Position numbers and translations under genes: made by a program
The notes under the pieces: generated by a model
Told to the model about the DNA's origin: nothing
The model's input: only the letters and a program-made list of their open reading frames with translations
Databases searched by the model: none
In this document: one piece after another, positions 11,752-22,053 of the stretch
Layout: every line of letters begins with the position of its first letter
Position numbering within the stretch: the stretch's first letter is position 1
Source: Promethearchaeota archaeon
Lineage (GTDB): Archaea; Asgardarchaeota; Lokiarchaeia; Sigyniarchaeales; SOKP01
NCBI GenBank assembly: GCA_016839555.1
Contig: JAEOUA010000003.1
Span: 256,001-320,000, forward strand
DNA: 64,000 nucleotides
Direction of reading: 5' to 3'

Positions 11752-11826
11752 ATAATAATTATAATACTTAATTATCAATAAATAGAACTTAAAGTTACGC
11801 TCCACATTCCGCACCAATCCAACAAA

Positions 11827-14664
11827 CTAATTGATCTTCTCCTTTTTTTCATTCATATTAATTTTAGATTCTGTTTGGATATATTTTTCAGGATTTTGCT
11901 TAAATTCTGTCAAACATGAAGGATTGCAGAAATAGTATTTTTCGCCCTTATATTCATATTCACTCCAATTTTCTGGCTTTCCCATCATCCCGCATACTGG
12001 ATCAACAACAAGTGCTTGCTCTTCTTTATCTTTCGATTTATGCATTAATTTGGGATCTATATTCTTGAAATCCTTATATTTTTCAGGATCTTGTTTAAAT
12101 TCAGCCAAACAAGAGGGATTGCAGAAATAATATTTCTCTCCTTTATATTCATACTCAATTGATTGACTAGGAATTATTTTCATACCGCAGATTGGGTCAA
12201 TCACTCTCTCTTCTTTTAATAATTTTTCTTCTTCAAGCTGCTGCTTTGTTTTAGGATTATACCGCTTTAAAAATAACGCATTAGTCACGACTGATACTGA
12301 ACTTGTTGCCATAAATACTGCTGCTAAATATGGAGGTAAGAAAAACCCAGCTAAATAATATAACAAACCAGCAGCAAGAGGAATTCCAATGATATTATAT
12401 ATAAATGCCCAAAATAGGTTGGTTATCATTTTACGATAAGTTTTTTTAGATAATTTTAATGCAGCAACAACATTGCGTAGATCTCCTCTCATTAATACAA
12501 TATCTGCAGTTTCGATTGCAATATCCGTCCCAGAACCTATTGCAATCCCTACATCCGCCTGTGCCAAGGCGGGGGCATCATTTATTCCATCTCCAACCAT
12601 CCCAATTATACGATTTTGATTAGATTCTTGCAACTGTTTAATTTTTAAAGCTTTATCATTAGGTAAAACTTCGGCGAGTATATTTTCTTCTTTAAAATCC
12701 AATTCTTTTCCAATATTAATTGCTGTTTTTCTATTATCTCCGGTGATCATAAAAAGGTCTAATCCTAATTTTTGGAGTTTCTCTAAAGCATAAGGGGCTT
12801 GTTCTTTTATTTTATCGGAAATTCCAATTAATCCTTTAATGGTGTCTTCTATACTTATGAATATTGTAGTTTTTCCTTGCTCTCTAAATTCATTAAATTT
12901 TTGCTCATAATTAGCTATAGAAACTGAATTCTCTTCCATTAATTTCTTATTTCCAACAAGAATTTTTCTATTATGAATAGTAGTTTTTATACCTTTTCCA
13001 GGAATCGCTTTAAAATCTTCGGGCTCATCCAAATTAAGTCCTCTTTGGTTTGCTTCTTCAATTATAGCGTAGCCAATTAGGTGCTCAGAACCCAATTCCG
13101 CACTGCCTGCATAATATAGCAATTGTTTCTCATCTATCCCCATTCCTTGCAAATCTTTTTCGGTAAATATTGCCGAGATCTTAGGTTTTCCAACTGTCAA
13201 TGTACCTGTCTTGTCAAATACAAGAGTATTTATATTCTGTATAGCCTCCAATGAATCGCCTCCTTTAATTAAAATCCCATTTTCGGCGCCTTTACCAGTA
13301 CCGACCATTACTGCAGTAGGTATTGCTAATCCTAAAGCGCATGGACATGAAATTACCACTACTGAAGTAAAAACTAATAAAGATAATTCAAGACCAATAT
13401 CAGCAAAAAAGAACCAATAGGAGAATGCAAATATGGCTATTGCTATTACAATCGGAACAAAATAATTGCTCACTCTATCCGCCAATTTTTGTTTTTCTGC
13501 TTTTCTACTTTGAGCTTTTTTAACAAATTCAATAATCTGTGATAATACAGTATATTTTCCTACTTTTTCTGTTTTTATATGAATTAATCCCGTTTGATTA
13601 ACAGTGGCTCCAATCACATTATCTTCTATTTCTTTTTTTACATATTCGCTTTCCCCTGTAATCATAGATTCATCTATTTTAGTTTCTCCTTTTATGATTT
13701 TCCCATCCACAGGGATTTTTTCCCCAGGTCTCACCACAATTATATCTCCAATCTCGATTTCCTCAATTGGAATTTCTGTTTCTTTTCCATCTTTTAATAA
13801 AGTCGCTGTTTTTGGTTGCAATCCAATTAATTTCTTTATTGCCTCAGAAGTTTGCCCTTTCGTTTTATGCTCAAAATACTTTCCAATTAATAGAAATGTT
13901 AAAATCATGCTCATAGCTTCATAAAATGTTGTTCCATCAATTAAAAATGTAGTAAGTATTGAATAAATATACGCTGTGGATGTGCCGAGAGCTACCAGAA
14001 CATCCATATTTGTAGATTTATTTCTAAGAGATTTATAAGCTCCCTTTAAAAAAAATGAACCTGCGATAATATAATTCGCGGTTGCCAGAAAAAATAAGAA
14101 TAGATTTCTGGTTAATGATTCCTCCATAAACCAGCTTATGGGGGTAATTATAAGACTAAATATTAATGAAATAAAAAGAATTCGTAATCTATATCTTAAT
14201 TCTTTTTGATGAGCTTCTATTTCTTTTTCCATTGCTCCTGCAGATTTCTCAATTTTATAACCTAAATTTTTGATCTCGGAATAAACTTCGTTCTCATCTA
14301 ACTCTAATTCATTAAACTCTATAAAAAGCTTTTTCGCATTAAAATTTCCTCTCACATTATAGATGCCTTTAATTAATTCTACATCTTGAACTATAGTATC
14401 GAATTGATTTTCAGAAATAGCATCTACTATTTTTATGTCTATCTTTGAGAGCGATGCTTTATATCCCAAATCAAAAATTGCTTTATTAAAATTATTATAT
14501 CCCGTTCTAGATGGATCATATTCCACAGTTGCTTCTTCATTCGCAAAATTTACAACCGAAGAATTAACACCCTCTAAATTCTTTAATTTTGTTTCAATTT
14601 TTAATGCACATGATGCACAAGTCATTCCACCGAGTTTAATTTTTACGCTTTTGCGTTCGCTCAA
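11827..14664 (-). CDS. copA: Copper-translocating P1B-type ATPase with N-terminal HMA and two C-terminal YHS/TRASH domains
   Basis: [29 protein letters not shown]...P and MxxSS Cu+ motifs; two DPxCGM...YYFCNPSC units. Confidence 0.95.
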   Translation of the reverse strand: MSERKSVKIKLGGMTCASCALKIETKLKNLEGVNSSVVNFANEEATVEYDPSRTGYNNFNKAIFDLGYKASLSKIDIKIVDAISENQFDTIVQDVELIKGIYNVRGNFNAKKLFIEFNELELDENEVYSEIKNLGYKIEKSAGAMEKEIEAHQKELRYRLRILFISLIFSLIITPISWFMEESLTRNLFLFFLATANYIIAGSFFLKGAYKSLRNKSTNMDVLVALGTSTAYIYSILTTFLIDGTTFYEAMSMILTFLLIGKYFEHKTKGQTSEAIKKLIGLQPKTATLLKDGKETEIPIEEIEIGDIIVVRPGEKIPVDGKIIKGETKIDESMITGESEYVKKEIEDNVIGATVNQTGLIHIKTEKVGKYTVLSQIIEFVKKAQSRKAEKQKLADRVSNYFVPIVIAIAIFAFSYWFFFADIGLELSLLVFTSVVVISCPCALGLAIPTAVMVGTGKGAENGILIKGGDSLEAIQNINTLVFDKTGTLTVGKPKISAIFTEKDLQGMGIDEKQLLYYAGSAELGSEHLIGYAIIEEANQRGLNLDEPEDFKAIPGKGIKTTIHNRKILVGNKKLMEENSVSIANYEQKFNEFREQGKTTIFISIEDTIKGLIGISDKIKEQAPYALEKLQKLGLDLFMITGDNRKTAINIGKELDFKEENILAEVLPNDKALKIKQLQESNQNRIIGMVGDGINDAPALAQADVGIAIGSGTDIAIETADIVLMRGDLRNVVAALKLSKKTYRKMITNLFWAFIYNIIGIPLAAGLLYYLAGFFLPPYLAAVFMATSSVSVVTNALFLKRYNPKTKQQLEEEKLLKEERVIDPICGMKIIPSQSIEYEYKGEKYYFCNPSCLAEFKQDPEKYKDFKNIDPKLMHKSKDKEEQALVVDPVCGMMGKPENWSEYEYKGEKYYFCNPSCLTEFKQNPEKYIQTESKINMNEKKEKIN
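11878..12205 (-). repeat. Tandem duplicated YHS/TRASH domain coding unit in copA
   Basis: [27 protein letters not shown] occurs twice, with matching DNA. Confidence 0.85.
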
Positions 14665-14814
14665 AAAATTTCACCACATATTAATTTTTGTTTATTTAAT
14701 CAGATTTTTTTAAAAAAAGTGAATCTCAAAATATTCTATTAAATTAAGATTATCCAATAAGTTAAATGATTTGTTTATGATAAATAAATTGCGGGATAAG
14801 AGCGAAATTTTTTA

Positions 14815-14827
14815 ATAAGGATCTTAA
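14815..14827. promoter_or_regulatory. Candidate operator ATAAGGATCTTAA (TAAG-N3-CTTA), copy 1
   Basis: Identical 13-mer at 15495-15507; lies in the divergent copA/ArsR intergenic region. Confidence 0.35.
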
Positions 14828-14989
14828 TTTTCTGATTTATATTTAAAAAATCAAACCATGGAGAAAATCAAAATATATATAAGGTTGTGATTAAAGTTTC
14901 ACTAATAAAAAATCACTCTATAAGAATTATATATAACCTCATCTTATCATTCAATAAACAAAAATATTAAATTTTGGAGAATAAAGAAA

Positions 14990-15367
14990 ATGGCAGAAAA
15001 AAAGGATGATGACATCTATCATTCAACTTTTATGTATAAAGAAAGCCATGATATTTTAGAAAAGTGTATATTAAACGAGGATGAAATGTGCGAATATCTT
15101 GAAAGAACAGAACATATTGATCCTAAAGAGGAACATGATCACCTGTATTCAGTAATGACAAATGAAATGAGACGGGAGCTTCTAAAATTTATAGACATTA
15201 ATGCAAGATCTTTTGATGAAATAAAGGATAAGTTCCAAATAGAGGATCAGCTATTGAATTATCATTTATCTATGCTAGAACAATTATTTTTTCTCATGAA
15301 TACAGAAAGTGGGTGGAAAGCAACCCCCAGAGGACTAGGATTTTTATATTATACTATCTTGAAATAG
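14990..15367 (+). CDS. ArsR-like winged-helix regulator, paralog 1
   Basis: NEMRRELLKFI...SFDEIK...LNYHLSMLE...WKATPRG; His/Cys-rich N-terminus; divergent from copA. Confidence 0.8.
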   Translation: MAEKKDDDIYHSTFMYKESHDILEKCILNEDEMCEYLERTEHIDPKEEHDHLYSVMTNEMRRELLKFIDINARSFDEIKDKFQIEDQLLNYHLSMLEQLFFLMNTESGWKATPRGLGFLYYTILK

Positions 15368-15494
15368 TAAGCAGTTAAATTCAAAATAGGCTCAATAGAA
15401 ATCAGAATAATGAAAGTTTCTTCGTTCTATCATTTAATTAAACACAATTCTATTTTTTTTATTTAGAAAATAAAAATTTGATTTCTATTAATTT

Positions 15495-15507
15495 ATAAGG
15501 ATCTTAA
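15495..15507. promoter_or_regulatory. Candidate operator ATAAGGATCTTAA, copy 2
   Basis: 28 bp upstream of ArsR paralog 2; identical to 14815-14827. Confidence 0.35.
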
Positions 15508-15535
15508 ATATAAATTATATTAATTTTCATTTAAT

Positions 15536-15901
15536 ATGAAAGAGGAAAATAAAAATGATATTTCCTCCTTTAAGGGAGAAAAAGAAGTTTTAGAAAATTG
15601 TAAATTAACAGAAGAGGAAATGAAAAAATATTTAGAATTATTTGAAGGAACGAACCATAAGCTGGATCATGCCCGGGCTTATAGAACAATGATGAATCAA
15701 ATAAGACGGGAGATCCTAAATTTTGTGGGCAGTAATGTTAAATCTTTTGATGAGATAAAGGATAAGTTTCAACTAGATGAAAATCAATTGCAATATCATT
15801 TATCTATGCTAGAACAATTATTATACCTCATGAATACTGCAAGTGGGTGGAAAGCAACCCCCAGAGGGCTTGCATTTTTATATAATACTATTCTAGAGTA
15901 G
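15536..15901 (+). CDS. ArsR-like winged-helix regulator, paralog 2
   Basis: NQIRREILNFV...SFDEIK...LQYHLSMLE...WKATPRG; tandem paralog of 14990..15367. Confidence 0.8.
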   Translation: MKEENKNDISSFKGEKEVLENCKLTEEEMKKYLELFEGTNHKLDHARAYRTMMNQIRREILNFVGSNVKSFDEIKDKFQLDENQLQYHLSMLEQLLYLMNTASGWKATPRGLAFLYNTILE

Positions 15902-16129
15902 TAAGGAATTATTTGTAAAAGAAGAATAATATAATAATTTAATGACTAAGTAAGAATTAAACCTTCTTTAAAATCAATTTAACTAATTCTAAATATTATT
16001 TGGATAGTTATTTGCTTATCAGAGAATATTAATATTTTATAAAAATAAGTGTTAAATTGTATCCTCATTTAGCAAAATTTAATAATTAATTAGATAAAAA
16101 TTAATTAGAAATCTAAAAGGTTATAAAAT

Positions 16130-16801
16130 ATGTCAGAACAACATAAGGTTGGAATTCCTCTCTTAGGAGACCCGTTTCCAAAAATGACGGTAACTACGAC
16201 ATTTGGTGTATTTAACTTGCCAGAAGATGCAACCGAAAATGGTAAGTATTGGGTTGTGTTATTTAGTCATCCCGCAGATTTTACTCCCGTATGTACGACT
16301 GAGTTTCATGCTTTTGCAAAACGTAATGATAAATTTCAGGAATTAAATACACGTTTAATTGGATTATCTATTGATCAAGTATATTCTCATATTAAATGGG
16401 GAGAATGGATCAAAGATAACTTGGATACGGAGATTCCATTCCCAATAATCGCGGACCACGGACAAGTAGCTACTACATTAGGAATGGTACATCCAGGAAA
16501 AGGAACATCAACAGTAAGAAGTGTATTTATAATTGACCCACAAGGTATTATCCGCATTATACTTTATTATCCTCAGGAAATCGGAAGAAACATGGACGAA
16601 ATATTGCGATGTGTGAAAGCTTTGCAAACAGCAGATAAAAACAAAGTTGCTATACCCGCAAATTGGCCAAATAACGAATTATTTGGAGATCATGTGATTG
16701 TGCCACCAGCAAAAGATGTGAAAACCGCAAAGGAGCGGCTTGCCAACGCAGGAAAAGATTATGAATGCTTGGATTGGTGGCTATGCCATAAGAAATTATA
16801 A
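16130..16801 (+). CDS. Peroxiredoxin (Prx6/archaeal TSA type)
   Basis: [15 protein letters not shown] peroxidatic motif, YPQEIGRN, C-terminal CLDWWLC. Confidence 0.95.
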   Translation: MSEQHKVGIPLLGDPFPKMTVTTTFGVFNLPEDATENGKYWVVLFSHPADFTPVCTTEFHAFAKRNDKFQELNTRLIGLSIDQVYSHIKWGEWIKDNLDTEIPFPIIADHGQVATTLGMVHPGKGTSTVRSVFIIDPQGIIRIILYYPQEIGRNMDEILRCVKALQTADKNKVAIPANWPNNELFGDHVIVPPAKDVKTAKERLANAGKDYECLDWWLCHKKL

Positions 16802-16804
16802 ATC

Positions 16805-16835
16805 CTATTTTTCTCTTTTTTTTTCTATTTTTTCT
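16805..16835 (+). terminator. Archaeal-type oligo(T) terminator after peroxiredoxin
   Basis: Pyrimidine/T tracts (tttttctcttttttttt) immediately after the stop codon. Confidence 0.5.
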
Positions 16836-16970
16836 GATAGCAAAAAAATCATTTGTAAAGGCCTTGTTAATTTTTATAAAACCTAATATAAAGACTAATT
16901 TTTTATTATATAAAACTTAAAAAATTATTTCCAGTCTATATATAATAATAGGTATTAAACCAATAGAGAT

Positions 16971-17429
16971 GTGATAGTAATGGCAGAATCAAAATCAGAA
17001 GAAATAAGTACAGAAGTAGGACTTAAATTAAAAGAAAAAATGATTTTTAAATGTGATCTGGGTGAAATGAAGGTAAAAGATTGTTATATTGATGAAACAC
17101 ATAAGACAGAAGCAGATATGTGGGGTCCAAATCCCTCTCGAATGTTAGGGATGGCAATATTAGGCTGTCTAAGTGCTAGTTTTATGTTTTGCTTGAAAAA
17201 AAGAGAATTTCAAATAGAAGATCTTAATGCCAACGCAAAAGTGACAGTAGCGAGGAATGAGAAGGGATTTTGGAGAGTAAAAAAAATTGATGTCACCATA
17301 GAGCCCAAAATTGACACCCCTGAAATGCGTAAACGCGCAGATCAATGTAAAAAATTTTTTGAAGATTATTGTGTAGTCACTCAAGCTGTACGGGAAGGAA
17401 TTAATATAGAAGTTGATTTAAAATATTAA
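16971..17429 (+). CDS. OsmC/Ohr family protein
   Basis: GPNPSRML...GCLSAS...FEDYCVVTQAV with two conserved Cys. Likely start ATG 16980. Confidence 0.88.
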   Translation: MIVMAESKSEEISTEVGLKLKEKMIFKCDLGEMKVKDCYIDETHKTEADMWGPNPSRMLGMAILGCLSASFMFCLKKREFQIEDLNANAKVTVARNEKGFWRVKKIDVTIEPKIDTPEMRKRADQCKKFFEDYCVVTQAVREGINIEVDLKY

Positions 17430-17575
17430 ATTTTAACTCTGTTTATTTTAAGTTATTAAGTCAATTTTTTCAATAAATTTTTCAATAGTTATCTTAATTT
17501 TTTTGCGATTAAATCTTATTATTATTATCTTATCAAATCTTAATATAATAAAGATAGGTTGCAACCTTTAAAATC

Positions 17576-18757
17576 ATGAATAATAACAATGACCTCTATT
17601 CTAAATTAGGAGTCTCATCCAATAAAGAGGATGTTCACAAAGCAATTCAAAATATTGATAAAGGTTTATTTCCGGGGGCTTTTTGTAAAATAGTAACAGA
17701 TATTAGGAATAGAGATGAGTTTTGCTCAATATTTCATACTGATGGCGCAGGAACAAAAGCCAGCCTTGCGTATATGTATTATAAGGAAACAGGAGATCTT
17801 TCTGTTTTTAAAGGAATAGTGAAAGATGCGGTTACTATGAATATTGATGATTTACTCTGTGTTGGAGCTACTGGCCCTGTTTTTTTGTCAAATGCTATTG
17901 GAAGAAATAATAAACTAATATCAGGGGATATAATTTCAATACTTATCAATGAATATTCTGATTATTGTGAAGAATTGTCCTCATGGGGGTTAAACACAAT
18001 CCCTTGTGGTGGTGAAACTGCAGATGTAGACGATTTGGTAAAAACTATCATGGTAGATGCGACTGTATTTACCACTATGAGGCGAGAGCATGTGATTGAT
18101 GCTAGTAAAATTAACAATAAAGATATTATTATAGGACTTGCAAGTTTTGGAAAAAGTAACTATGAAATAGAATATAATAGCGGAATTGGAAGCAATGGAC
18201 TAACATTAGCCAGACATGGAACCCTTTCTCATATTTATTATGAAAAATATCCTGAATGTTATGATAAAAATCTAGATGAAGAGTTGGTATTTTTTGGAAA
18301 GTATGAATTGAGGGATAAAGCGAAGGGATTAGAATTATCTGTTGGAAAAGCATTATTATCACCTACAAGAACTTATACTCCAATAGTTCTTGAAATTTTA
18401 AAATCCTATAGAAAAGAAATTAATGGAATTATTCACAATACCGGAGGTGGTCAAACAAAAGTACTCAAATTTGGTGCTGGAATAAAATATGTAAAAGATA
18501 ATCTTTTTGAGTCCCCTCCAATATTTAAAATAATCCGAGAATCCTCAAATAGTTCATGGAAAGAAATGTATCAAGTTTTTAATATGGGACATCTTATGGA
18601 AATTTATTGTAATGAGTCCGTGTGTGATGATATTATAAATATAGCAAGAAGATATGGAGTAGATGCGAAAGTAATAGGCAATTGCGAGAAGTCCCCACTT
18701 AAGAATAAAAATATATTAGAAATAATAACTCCTTTTGGAACATTAGAATATAAATAA
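17576..18757 (+). CDS. purM: Phosphoribosylformylglycinamidine cyclo-ligase (AIR synthase), Bacteroidota-type
   Basis: DGAGTK, MNIDDLLCVG, GGETAD, GSNGLTLARH, HNTGGG, VFNMG. Confidence 0.92.
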   Translation: MNNNNDLYSKLGVSSNKEDVHKAIQNIDKGLFPGAFCKIVTDIRNRDEFCSIFHTDGAGTKASLAYMYYKETGDLSVFKGIVKDAVTMNIDDLLCVGATGPVFLSNAIGRNNKLISGDIISILINEYSDYCEELSSWGLNTIPCGGETADVDDLVKTIMVDATVFTTMRREHVIDASKINNKDIIIGLASFGKSNYEIEYNSGIGSNGLTLARHGTLSHIYYEKYPECYDKNLDEELVFFGKYELRDKAKGLELSVGKALLSPTRTYTPIVLEILKSYRKEINGIIHNTGGGQTKVLKFGAGIKYVKDNLFESPPIFKIIRESSNSSWKEMYQVFNMGHLMEIYCNESVCDDIINIARRYGVDAKVIGNCEKSPLKNKNILEIITPFGTLEYK

Positions 18758-18786
18758 TTTAAAAATCATTAAAGAAAAGAATTTTT

Positions 18787-19749
18787 ATGGAAAAGATTGA
18801 CGTAATTTGTATTGGCGCGGCATTAGTTGATATGATTGCAAAAGTTGAGAGATTTCCATTAGATGATGACGAAGTCTTTGTCTCAGATTTAAAAATATTA
18901 TCAGGAGGCGCTGCCGCAAATACAGCAGCCGCTTGTAGTATTTTAGGTTTAAATGTAGCTTTTATTGGAAAATTAGGAACAGATGATGAATTTGGGAGAA
19001 AAATTATTAAAGATTTTGAAAAAGTATCTGTTAAGACTGATTATATTAAATATTCAGACCAACATAGTACGGGATCTGCCTATGTAGCGCTAAATAAACA
19101 GAATAAGACTAGACGCATTTTTGCACATAGTGGAGCAGCAAATTATTTATCACAAACAGATATAAAAGAAGAGGAATTAATTACCACGAAATTAATATAT
19201 TTAAGTAGCCTAAAGAATTTAGTTCCTTTCATAGAAGCAGGCAAAATTGGAAAGCAATATAGGATTCCCGTTGTGTTAAATCCCGGCATGTTAATAATCG
19301 AGCAAAAATTGGATAAAATTAAAGACTTATTGCAATATATAGATATTTTAATATTATCAAAACATGAATATGCAACATTATTTAATCTAAAAAATAAAAA
19401 GTTCTCAGAAAAGACTTATATTGAAATAAGTGAAGAATTAAAGCAGTTAGGGATAAAAGTTATTATTATAACTTTGGGAAAAAAAGGAGCACTCTTAATC
19501 TATGAAGATGATTCCCATATCTCACCAACAATAAAGATTGAGAAGATCGTAGATACTACTGGTGCTGGCGACGCCTTTTCGGCAGGTTTTATGTACGAAT
19601 ATTTGCTTTTAAAGGATCTTACTTTTGATAATTTAATTAAATGTGTTAAGATTGGAAATTTTGTCGCTGGAAAATGTATACAGAAATTAGGAGCAAGATA
19701 CGGTATCCCATCTCGAGAAGAACTTGAACAATTTCAAAAAAAGTTTTAA
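18787..19749 (+). CDS. PfkB/ribokinase family carbohydrate or nucleoside kinase
   Basis: GGAAAN and DTTGAGDAF signatures. Confidence 0.92.
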   Translation: MEKIDVICIGAALVDMIAKVERFPLDDDEVFVSDLKILSGGAAANTAAACSILGLNVAFIGKLGTDDEFGRKIIKDFEKVSVKTDYIKYSDQHSTGSAYVALNKQNKTRRIFAHSGAANYLSQTDIKEEELITTKLIYLSSLKNLVPFIEAGKIGKQYRIPVVLNPGMLIIEQKLDKIKDLLQYIDILILSKHEYATLFNLKNKKFSEKTYIEISEELKQLGIKVIIITLGKKGALLIYEDDSHISPTIKIEKIVDTTGAGDAFSAGFMYEYLLLKDLTFDNLIKCVKIGNFVAGKCIQKLGARYGIPSREELEQFQKKF

Positions 19750-19807
19750 AATATTTCTAGTTTTATTTTATTATTATTTAAACGATAATTTTTAATGTGA
19801 ATTATTA

Positions 19808-20872
19808 GTGAGTTCAAATACAAGAATAAGCGGAGAGATATTCAAAAGAAGAGTTAGATTTTTAGTAGAAATTGTTGTTATTTTTTTCGGATTATTTTTT
19901 ATTACAGTTATTTTAATTTTGATATTATATCTTTTCATTACGCCTCAATCTACATTATATGGCCCATTATATTATATTTTTCGGGCATTAGCCATCTCAA
20001 TTGCGGTCCCTTTATTTCTTTACCTTACTAATTATATCTTGGGATGGACTAAAAATAGAGATGATCAAGAAAAAATAATTAATCCAGTTTTAAGTTATTT
20101 TAAACTGTTTAAAATAACTAAAACTAATTTTAAATATCAATTATTTTATGGAATATTGTTATTATTCTTGGTGTTTATTCCTCTAGATTTTATTTTTTAT
20201 TTAATACCAGGAATGCTTGAATATAGTATAGATTCTTTAATAACAAGTAGCAATACAAACCGTTATTTATTATACGAGGATTATTTTCTCTTTCTTATCT
20301 CTGTTATCATCATTCAAGTTTCTGTCGCATATTTTGAAGAGATTCTTGTGAGAGGGGTTTTAGCAAAAAGAGGAAATGATTATTTTAATAAAATGTCAGC
20401 TGTCATGATTTCCTCATTCTATTTTGGTTTAGGGCATCTTGCCTATTTTTTATTACCAATTAGGGAGAATTATCCCATTTGGTTTCCAATTATCTGGTTT
20501 ATTCAAGCATTCTTTGTGGGGATTATATTAGGAATCTTTTTTTTAAGAAAAAAATGGTTATTTCCCTTAATTTTTTCTCATGGACTTAATAATATCATAT
20601 CTGCTAATGCTCTTTGGTTTTGGGTCAATTCATATGATTTTTTAATCATTACATTGTTTCAATATATCCCTTTATTATGTATAAGTGTGATCTTGTTTAT
20701 TTTACAATATTCAACGATAAAGGAAGCTATAATTAGTGGATTAATTGAAATTAAGAACTATTTTACAACCAATGAGAAAATAGGAATAAATAAGAAGATG
20801 ATAATTCTTAGGGTATGTTTTGATTTTTTTATTGGATTTATAATTTTTGTAATTGCCTTATTTCTTGTATAG
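19808..20872 (+). CDS. CPBP (Abi/CAAX-type) intramembrane glutamic protease
   Basis: EExxxR (FEEILVRG), FxxxH (FGLGH) and HxxxN (HGLNN) motifs in a polytopic protein. Confidence 0.88.
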   Translation: MSSNTRISGEIFKRRVRFLVEIVVIFFGLFFITVILILILYLFITPQSTLYGPLYYIFRALAISIAVPLFLYLTNYILGWTKNRDDQEKIINPVLSYFKLFKITKTNFKYQLFYGILLLFLVFIPLDFIFYLIPGMLEYSIDSLITSSNTNRYLLYEDYFLFLISVIIIQVSVAYFEEILVRGVLAKRGNDYFNKMSAVMISSFYFGLGHLAYFLLPIRENYPIWFPIIWFIQAFFVGIILGIFFLRKKWLFPLIFSHGLNNIISANALWFWVNSYDFLIITLFQYIPLLCISVILFILQYSTIKEAIISGLIEIKNYFTTNEKIGINKKMIILRVCFDFFIGFIIFVIALFLV

Positions 20873-20897
20873 TTATAAATTAAAGAGATAAATCAAG

Positions 20898-21419
20898 ATG
20901 AGATATGGAATAATATCTGACACGCATATAAAAGATATGAATGATGAGAAAGTAAAACCATTAATAAAAGCATTGAAAAATGCATTTCGAAATGTTGATA
21001 AAATTATTCATGCCGGTGATATTTCTAATTTAGCATTCATAGAAGAGCTTAATAAAATAGCACCTGTCAGTTTTATCATAGGAGAAGATGATGAATTTAC
21101 TGATTTAAAAAGATTCTTAAAAATTAAGACGCTTCATTATAATATTGGAGTAATTCATGAAGTTCCTTCTAATTTAGAAGAATTCTGTAGGAGTAATGAC
21201 TTAATTAGAGGGATTTTAATTTTCGGTCATACTCATAAACCTTTGATAAAAGGCACTGAATTCAACACTCTTTTACTAAATCCAGGGTCACCCACTATTC
21301 CTAAAGCTCCAGATAAAATAGCAGGCTTTCAAAAACCAGTGGCAAGAAAAAGTGTTCTTACTTTGGAAATAGATCAAAAAGGAATAGTAAAAGTATTTAT
21401 CATAAATTTAAAATTATAA
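20898..21419 (+). CDS. YfcE/MJ0936/Vps29 family metallophosphoesterase
   Basis: SDTH, HAGD, GHTH and NPGS motifs. Confidence 0.9.
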   Translation: MRYGIISDTHIKDMNDEKVKPLIKALKNAFRNVDKIIHAGDISNLAFIEELNKIAPVSFIIGEDDEFTDLKRFLKIKTLHYNIGVIHEVPSNLEEFCRSNDLIRGILIFGHTHKPLIKGTEFNTLLLNPGSPTIPKAPDKIAGFQKPVARKSVLTLEIDQKGIVKVFIINLKL

Positions 21420-21566
21420 ATAAGAATAAAAAAATGATGCAAGAATTTTCTGATTTTAATAATTCTAAGATTTATAAACAATAATTAATTCCTAAAAGAT
21501 TAAATATTTAATCTTTTTATAACTAATTATACAAAAATATTGATCGATTTTCAATGGTAATTAGAT

Positions 21567-21962
21567 ATGGTAAGTAAGATTGAACGTGTTTTGATGGAGC
21601 TAAACGAAAATGGCGGCTTTAAAGCTTCTTTATTCTCCACTCCCGCAGGTCTACTTCTGGCTTCTCAAAAAACAGAAGAAGTTGATGAAAAATCTTTAGC
21701 TGCAATGGGATCCCTCTTAACAGATGCTGCTTTTAAAGCAAGAGAGGAATTAAATTTATCAAATTTAGAAACTATAAGATTAGGATTTATGGATGATTTG
21801 ATAATAATGAAAAATATAATTCTATCCAATGACGCACATTTCATATTAGCTATACTTTCCAAAGCCCCGGAATCTAGAGATGTTGACAAATACTATGATG
21901 ACCTTTTAGATTGGGCTGTCGAGAACTCTAAGGAAGAGCTTAAAAAATTGAGCTCAATTTAA
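21567..21962 (+). CDS. Roadblock/LC7 (MglB-like) domain protein
   Basis: SLFSTPAGLLLAS...LAAMGSLL pattern, 131 aa. Confidence 0.8.
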   Translation: MVSKIERVLMELNENGGFKASLFSTPAGLLLASQKTEEVDEKSLAAMGSLLTDAAFKAREELNLSNLETIRLGFMDDLIIMKNIILSNDAHFILAILSKAPESRDVDKYYDDLLDWAVENSKEELKKLSSI

Positions 21963-22053
21963 TAAACAAGATAAATAATTTATCTTAAAAAAATTCTTTT
22001 TAAGGCTTAAAATTAAATAAATATAATAAAAAATTCAATTTAGAATTATATTT

